Below, in pieces: positions 56,961-64,000 of a DNA stretch of 64,000 bases. The position numbers and the translations under genes are program-made. The DNA comes from Octopus vulgaris (taxonomy: Eukaryota): assembly GCA_951406725.2 (NCBI GenBank), contig OX597827.1, positions 43,214,001 through 43,278,000 on the forward strand, written 5' to 3'. Position 1 is the stretch's first letter. Each line of letters begins with the position of its first letter. The notes beneath the pieces are model-generated. The model was not told where the DNA came from. It saw only the letters and a list, made by a program, of their open reading frames with translations, and did not search any database.

Positions 56961-57433
56961 GATCAGACAAAAAGGTGTGTTTATTAATTGACATGAGTAT
57001 TCCTTACGATCAGAATATAGCGGTGAAAGGATTTGACAAGATCAGTAAATATAAAGACTTGCTAATAGAAATTGAAAAAATGTGGCATCTCAAGGCAACT
57101 ATAGTACCAGTGATTGTAGGATCTCTTGGAATGATAAAAAACAAAGGTACTGAAACCTATTTAAAAATGATACCAGACTTACCATCCCTACAGGAGGTGC
57201 AAAAAATCGTGTTAACTGGAACGACTCATGTACTGAGAAGATCATTTATCGCTGTGAAAACAACATCCATTCATGAATTGATTTATTTATTAATTTGTTA
57301 AATACATATTTTACCTGTGAATTTGCGTGTGTAATCTGGGAATGTATACAATGAGCTTCTCTGCCCTAGGTGTACGGAAAACACTCGGCGAGAAATGGAA
57401 GAAAATTTGAAGAAAATTTGAAGAAAGAAGGAA
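56961..57433 (+). mobile_element. 5'-truncated Dong/R4-like LINE (restriction-like endonuclease C-terminus plus 3' UTR) in (TAA)n
   Basis: CLLIDMSIPYDQNIAVKGFDKISKYKDLLIEIEKMWHLKATIVPVIVGSLGMI...VQKIVLTGTTHVLRR is typical of the R4-clade RLE domain (D...K..KY..L..E...MW...P..VG.LG). Flanked on both sides by (TAA)n. Confidence 0.8.
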
Positions 57434-57460
57434 AATAATAATAATAATAATAATAATAAT

Positions 57461-58424
57461 AGAGATCATGAAGAAAAACGATGCTTTCTAATTGATGTAT
57501 CAATACCAGCAGATGACAACGTATCTCTAAAAGAAATGGAGAAACTTTCAAAATACAAAGACCTGGAAATAGAGGTAACTAGAATGTGGAATCTAAAAAC
57601 AGAAACAATTCCTATCATAGTAGGTGCATTAGGCATGATAAAAAAATATTCAGACAAATACATAGAGAATACCAAACTCATTCCCTATGGATACCGTATT
57701 TATTACAACTCGTGGCTTGTAAACGTATCTAACTCGCTTTCGCTCGTTAGATACGTTTACAAGCCACGAGTTGTAATAAATACGGTATCCATAGGGAATG
57801 AGTTTGGTATTTTATTTATTACACACGAATAAACGACCATATTTAACAAAACCATTCACCTTGATATCGACAACAGTAGCCATCTTGTTGATAGATCTAC
57901 CTGCACTGCAAGAGTATCGACGAGCAGACGAAATATGTTGTGATTTTTTTGGCAACAAAAAATTGAATTACCACCAGAAATGTTTATATTTTATGTGTAT
58001 ATGGCTTTAAGTGATATCTGGTATAAAAAAGATAGTATGTTTGTTTAATTACATGGCTACATTCTACCTGCTCGTGAAAGTAATGAATGAAGTTTAGTTG
58101 TAACTTATAATGACAAAAGTAGTGCCGTCACCGTGACCTCGGGTCATCACCATGGATTGACCAATCAGAAGCAGCGCTCGCAGTATCTGACATATGTTAG
58201 ATACCAAAAATATCTCAAAGTGTTCTCACTCACATGTGTGTAATAAATAACAAAAACACTAGGACTTCCAAACACATATAAGATACAGAAAATTGCACTA
58301 CTAGGCACTGCACACATCCTACGCAGAACACTTTCAATACAGTAACCATCAGAGCATCACAACAAATCACAGCACATACCCAAGGCACACAGTGAAGTGA
58401 AAGCACGCTATAAAAATAAAACTA

Positions 58425-58427
<3 letters not shown>
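57461..58427 (+). mobile_element. Second Dong/R4-like 5'-truncated LINE (different subfamily), interrupted by an insertion
   Basis: CFLIDVSIPADDNVSLKEMEKLSKYKDLEIEVTRMWNLKTETIPIIVGALGMIKKYSDKYI [insertion] TKTLGLPNTYKIQKIALLGTAHILRRTLSIQ*, with (TAA)n on both sides. Confidence 0.8.
57665..58246. mobile_element. Non-coding insertion of about 580 bp with a perfect 66-bp palindrome
   Basis: It splits the Dong-like frame, which rejoins cleanly when it is removed. ATA (or TA) is repeated at the junctions, and the arms lie at 57668-57733 and 57746-57811. Confidence 0.75.
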
Positions 58428-58492
<65 letters not shown>

Positions 58493-58502
58493 TGATGATG
58501 AT

Positions 58503-59510
58503 GATTTCTTCATTAACCATAAAGGTTTACATTAAGAAAAACATTATGGATAGCACAGGACAAAACAAAAGAATATATGTGTGTGTGTTGTGTGAGTGTG
58601 TGTGTTGTTGTGAGGGTTTTGCGTGTAAACAAGAAGAACAAAATTTTAAAAATCAAAAATGGGTGGTCCTCAATAGAGAGGAGACGTTCGAGGGCTGCTC
58701 ATAGAAAAACCCCATAAATTAACCATGGGTACTCTGAGTTTTGGGGCAGGTACCTTTTTTCCATTCCTTTTTTTTTTCCTGTTACAAGCATATGCTCAAG
58801 GCAGGCCCGTTCATCTGCACCATTCTCGCCACTTTCATCCACCTTTCAGCAAATAGACTAGAAGACGACACTTCCCTCTCAGCCCTTATTTTCCTTTTCA
58901 ACTGAAACTTGAAAAAGTTGATCAGGGATTGACCAAAGAGAAAAATGCAGCTCCTTCGATCTCGTCCACTATACAACCACTTTCGCCATGGCGACCTGGC
59001 ATATAAACGCAGCCTTTCCTTCTCGGTTAAAGGGAGGCGATGGGGCCATTTTCACTATGGATTCAGTTGACAGCCGTATCCGTCCCACTCGCGACGGCAG
59101 GTATTCGACATAAGCCCACAGGTCAGCAATGCTCGCGCACTGGACGAGTGCATACAGGACTGTCTTGTCGTCCTGAGCGCACATCGGACATGCTCAGCTG
59201 ACGCCACTTCCGTGCCTGTAAAGTTTATCTCGAACAGGCAAAGCTCCCCCACAATGGATTCAGTTGACAGCCGGATCCGTCCCACACGCGACAGCAAGTA
59301 TTCGACATAAACCCACAGGTCAGCATTGCTCGCGCACAGGACGAGTGCATGCAAGACTCTCTTGTCGTCCTGAGCGCACATCGGACATGCTCGGCTGACG
59401 CCACTTCCGTGCCTGTAAAGTTTATCTCGAACAGGCAAAGCTCCCCTGTAGCACTGCCAGGCCAGAGATTTTTGGAAGTTATCCATCGGTCCCGGGCCGA
59501 AAGTTCTCCA
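58503..59510 (-). mobile_element. 3' fragment of a Tx1/L1-clade LINE (zf-RVT-like region plus 3' UTR)
   Basis: KSLAWQCYRGALPVRDKLYRHG...CPMC...HALVLC...LW matches the W...R.ALP...CP.C...H...C zinc-binding region downstream of L1/Tx1 reverse transcriptase. Contains a 197-bp internal tandem duplication. Confidence 0.75.
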
Positions 59511-59624
59511 GAAAATAATAATAATAAACTTGTGCGTTTGTTTCCTGTTACACGAATGAGACGGAGATAAAGTCGAAGGCTGTCAACGTGTCACCGACAA
59601 GCAGCGAGTGAGTGGGTGGCAGTA

Positions 59625-60007
59625 TTGGAAGCACTCCGTCGGTTACGACGACGAGGGTTCCGGTTGATCCGAATCAACGGAACAGCCTGCTCATGAAATT
59701 AACGTGTAAGTGGCTGAGCACTCCACAGACACGTGTACCCTTAACGTAGTTCTCAGGGATATTCAGCGTGACACAGAGTGACAAGGCCGGCCCTTTGAAA
59801 TACAGGTACAACAGAAACAGGAAGTAAGAGTGAGAGAAAGTTGTGGTGAAAGAGTACAGCAGGGATCACCACCATCCCCTGCCGGAGCCTCGTGGAGCTT
59901 TAGGTGTTTTCGCTCAATAAACACTCACAACGCCCGGTCTGGGAATCGAAACCGCGATCCTATGACCGCGAGTCCGCTGCCCTAACCACTGGGCCATTGC
60001 GCCTCCA
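59625..60007 (-). mobile_element. tRNA(Arg-like)-derived SINE family D, full-length
   Basis: The minus-strand head ggcgcaatggcccagtggttagggcagcggactcgcggtc...ggtttcgattccc has A and B boxes but no acceptor stem, then about 310 bp of unrelated body. It may belong to the octopus OR SINE group (not verified). Confidence 0.65.
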
Positions 60008-60815
60008 CATTGGGGGGGGGGCAGTAGGGCAAGTAAAATAAGCGTTAATGAAAAAAAGAAGCGTTTGTCATGCTCCTCCGATATTTTCCTTTTATTCTTA
60101 ATTCTAGTGCAATATATTAAGTGACACAGGAAAAAGAATTTGATATTTAATTTCATTTGACACAAGTAATTTAATCACTAGGTCGTTTTTTTTTTCAGTC
60201 GAACACCTGGAATACTGGGTTTTGAAGCTGACGCACGATCCGTTTACATTTTATTTATTTTCAAATTATTTATATATTTATTTATTTATTCATTACTTAA
60301 AGTACACTACAGTCAGTCATTAGTCACAATGGATTGGTATCAGAGAATCACAAGCCGACGTAAGTACTCTCTGACCCAGCGAAAAATGCAGGGCATGACG
60401 GCTAGATGGGGGTGGGGTGAAGCTTGCACCTGCACACTTTCACATTTGAAAAAAACTGGTGCATTGTATCCTCCAAATTATAGTGCGTTACCCCGACGAG
60501 GAATTGAACTGCAACATCATGTTCATGAGCGGAACACTCTAACCACTTGGCCACGTGCCTTTACAATTTTTAGTTCATATTTTTCTCTTTTGTCTTTTAT
60601 ACTTATTTCGTTATGAAGCGAAGGAAGACAACTCGCCCGGACATAATTTTTTAAGAGGAGTATTTCTTGAACTATCACCAGCGTTCTTGTATTTTAAAAT
60701 AAACAACATTTTTTGCAGAGAACGGTTATCGTTTAGAGAAACTGAAGAGATGCTTAGTCCACGCTAGATATGAAACCAATGTTTTTTTTTCTAAACTATT
60801 ACGCTACACATGCAA

Positions 60816-60865
<50 letters not shown>

Positions 60866-60867
60866 TA

Positions 60868-61370
60868 TGCAGCGTGGAAGGTGTTTATAAGCCATTTAAG
60901 AAACACACAAAAGCCGTTCGATTCACTTCAACATTTAAGTTTAATTTGTCAAAATATTTTCGTCGCTAAAATCCGCGACCTGTTCACTGTCAAAAATCCG
61001 TGCTGCATCTGAGAAAGTAACAGTTAGTTCGTCATATATATGTACGTATGTATGTGTGTATGTATGCGTACATACGTACATACATACATACATACATACA
61101 CACATGTATGCATACATACACACATACATACGTACATATATATGGCGAACTAACTGTTACTTTCTCAGATGCAGCACGGATTTTTGTCAGTGAACAGGTC
61201 GCGGATTTTAGCGACGAAAATATTTTGACAAATTAAACTTAAATGTTGAAGTGAATCGAACGGCTTTTGTGTGTTTCTTAAATGGCTTATAAACACCTTC
61301 CACGCTGCAATTGTTTTCGTTTCAGCACACGATCTCAGATCAAATTACTTGCTATGCGAGTACATCTCCG

Positions 61371-61372
<2 letters not shown>
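60868..61372. mobile_element. Inverted pair of Penelope-like terminal repeats in (TA)n
   Basis: 200-bp arms at 60868-61067 and 61110-61309 with two mismatches seen. The right copy runs about 60 bp further, each arm holds a hammerhead fold, and the whole is flanked by (TA)n. Confidence 0.6.
61183..61232 (+). ncRNA. Minimal type I hammerhead ribozyme-like motif, G3:C8 core variant
   Basis: tttgtca-GTGAACA-g-gtcgc(ggatttta)gcgac-GAAA-atat-TT-tgacaaa. A mirror copy lies at 60945-60994 on the minus strand. Confidence 0.6.
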
Positions 61373-61448
<76 letters not shown>

Positions 61449-61469
61449 TTATTTATATATATATCACAG

Positions 61470-63447
61470 CTGCATCCTCGATACACGAGAAAAGCCATTG
61501 CCAAGAAGACTTACTGAAAGTAAGATTGTTGCCATGTGATGCCCTTATGTGACTTTTAAGCCTGGCCAAGCTTTTACACATTTTATTACGTACTAGAGGA
61601 CTGTGCTGGCTGGCAGGAGAAACAGGTGTCACCATATGCACTCTCTTAACACGTCTTTTTAGATCTTCAACTGAGAGGGATACCCTTCCACATTTCACAC
61701 AAGTTTTGCTATGAATTTTAATAAGCACATCATTGTTTATCGTGGGTCAATTTCTATGAGAATTTTGATGGCTCACCAGGCCTGCACGACACAAACATCT
61801 CCGCCCACAAACCACACACATAAAAAGCAACACTCTCTCACTTTCCACAGATTCCTCCCTTTTAAGCCCCTCCTAATTCTCTCATACTTCACTCTCTCCC
61901 TCTCAAACCTTGAACAACCATCATGCACTATCTTCCTCCATCCATCATGGTCTTGTATTTTCCTCTCCCATTTACCAGCTGCAATTCCTGTCTGTATTAG
62001 AGCATTTTAAAGGCAATCCTTAAACTTAGTTTAGGTTTATGCGCTGGTCCCCTACCATCTTCCAGCTCACCATACAATAGCTGCTTGGGCATTTGGTATC
62101 CTTACCAAATGTCCTCCCACCTCAAACGTCTTTGCAAAATCATTGACTCTATACTTCTACTGCCACTCCTCTCAATCACCTCCACATTACTAATGGCCAT
62201 TTTCCAATTTATGCTCCAAATTTTCCTCAGACAGTATTGATGAAATCATTTCACTTGCCTTACCTGCCTACGGTAAACAACCCATGTCTCACGTCCATAT
62301 AGCAAAGATGGGAGGACGCATCTATTATATAACTTAACTTTAATTTGTGAAGATATGTTGTTTCCACAGACGCTTATCAAGCCTACCAAAAGCACTACTA
62401 GCCCTGCTGATTCTGTATGAAATTTCATCATCGAGACCAGCAATGCTCAGGGTACGTCATAAATAAATAAATCTAGGTACAGTCTTCAACCTTTAACCAT
62501 TCACAATTATAAAAAGTTCTTCATACATCTTGGAGGGAGCAGGCTAATTACATTATAACGTTTTTTTTAAATATTGATTGTTAGACCCAATGCTGCACAT
62601 GATGCAGAAATCGCATTCGCCATGTGCTGCATATCTTTCTGAGAATGTGCCAACAAGTCACAATCATCTTCATACAGAAACTCAACGAGGTGAGAATGCA
62701 GAACTTTCGTTTTGGCACAGAGTATTGTGAGATTGAACAGTTTTCCTGTTGTCCTATACCTTATATAGAACCCTTCAGGGCAATCTTTAAAACCTATTTG
62801 AAAGACTATTGCGAAATATATAGCAAACGGTGTAGGGGCAGGAATATCCCCTTGCTTTACACCATTTTCTACAGAAATTGGATCTGATAAAGTACCTCCA
62901 GCATTAACTCTCACTTCCATCTTGTCTTGAAGTTGTCTAAGCATTCTCACAAATTTTTCAAGGCATCCTAGCTTTTTAAGGATCTCCCAATGTGCAATTC
63001 TATTGATAGAATCAAAACACTTTTGTTAGGTCAATGAAAACCTGATATAAGTCCATATACTGTTAGATGCACTTCTCTTGCAACTGTCTAGCTGAAAATA
63101 TCTTATCCATAGTACTCCTACTATCCCTATACCCACATTACGATTCTGGTAGAAGCTCATTAGCAATGTGCAGAAACAATCTCTCCAGCATTACCTTACA
63201 GAGGACCTTTCCCGCAACAGCTAACAGACAGATGCCGCGATAATTATCACAGACATCCTTTCCACATTTAGATTTATATAGTATCTCCGTAGTTGCATCA
63301 CGCCAATCCGGAGGCACCTCTTCACTTTGCCAAACCCTCTGAATCACATCCGTCAACATTGCACAAAGATGATCACCACCATATTTATATATCTCTGCAC
63401 CTAGTCCATCCATACCAGGGGCCTTTCCATTGTTTAATTTGCTGATT
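61470..63447 (-). mobile_element. Decayed RTE-clade LINE (reverse transcriptase plus C-terminal zinc fingers)
   Basis: RT motifs GKAPGMDG, PPDWRDA, CDNYRGICLL..AGKVL, GVKQGD and FLYEDDC (YADD degenerated), with stops and frameshifts. The C-terminus includes CVVCGRRCLCRAGLVSHQNSH. Confidence 0.9.
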
Positions 63448-63494
63448 GCTGATATATAATATCCTGAAATATGCATATATATTCCGCTTTTGTT

Positions 63495-63845
63495 CTTTCT
63501 TTTACTTGTTCCAATCATTTGATTGCGGCCATACTGGAGCACCGCCTTTAGTCGAACAAATCGACCCCAGGACTTATTCTAAGCCCAGTACTCATTCTAT
63601 CGGTATCCAACATGGGTTGTCAAGCGATGCGGGGATGGGGGGACAAGCATAGACACACCTACACACACACACACATATATTTACGATGGGCTTCTTTCAT
63701 TTTCCGTCTACCAAATCCACTTACAAGCCTTTAGTCGGCCCAAGGCTATAGTAGAAGGCACTTGGCCAAAGTACCACGCAGGGGGACTGAACCCAGAGCC
63801 ATGTTGTTGAGAAGCAAGCTTCTTACCACACAGACATTCCTGCGC
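63495..63845 (-). mobile_element. SINE family A copy at the 5' edge of the RTE fragment
   Basis: Reverse-complement homology to family A. Confidence 0.8.
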
Positions 63846-63850
63846 ATATA

Positions 63851-63903
<53 letters not shown>

Positions 63904-64000
63904 AAAATTGCGAAAATAATCTGGAACTCGACTGAGGATAGAAAACACCAAATGACCCGTCCTTGTTTTATTTGTATCGTCTGTCTTAATTGTTTTTCTT

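Noticed and set aside
59930-60007. tRNA-Arg gene
   Set aside because: A and B boxes are present, but there is no paired acceptor stem and it continues into a SINE body. Similar heads at about 28225-28297 and 60480-60565 are also SINE remnants.
55500-64000. Apparent rise in CpG retention marking a methylation boundary
   Set aside because: It is confounded by element age, and CpG-rich SINE copies also occur at 41490 and 50537; it cannot be supported without counts.

Overview
This is AT-rich, microsatellite-saturated animal genomic DNA. Its repeat content suggests a coleoid cephalopod, probably Octopus (inference, not database-confirmed). The one recognisable host gene is a Mad/Mxi1 (MXD-family) bHLH-ZIP repressor on the + strand, seen as three 3' coding exons (4901-5015, 27116-27290, 29132-29274) joined by phase-consistent GT-AG introns; its 5' exons appear to lie upstream of the window. 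The rest is introns, probable 3' UTR and intergenic DNA, filled with several SINE families, decayed LINEs (RTE, Tx1/L1-like, Dong/R4-like), a transposase scrap, a U6 fragment and simple repeats. Almost all ORFs in the supplied track are microsatellite artefacts. Most notable observations: (1) the Mad/Mxi1 frame stays open for 471 more codons after a leaky-context TGA-C stop (readthrough candidate); (2) a 200-bp inverted repeat carries a minimal hammerhead ribozyme fold with a compensatory G3:C8 core; (3) a possible alternative coiled-coil exon lies in the large intron; (4) TAA-targeted Dong/R4 fragments are all truncated at the same place; (5) a palindrome-bearing element is nested in one of them. 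Coordinates were read by eye and repeat boundaries are approximate.
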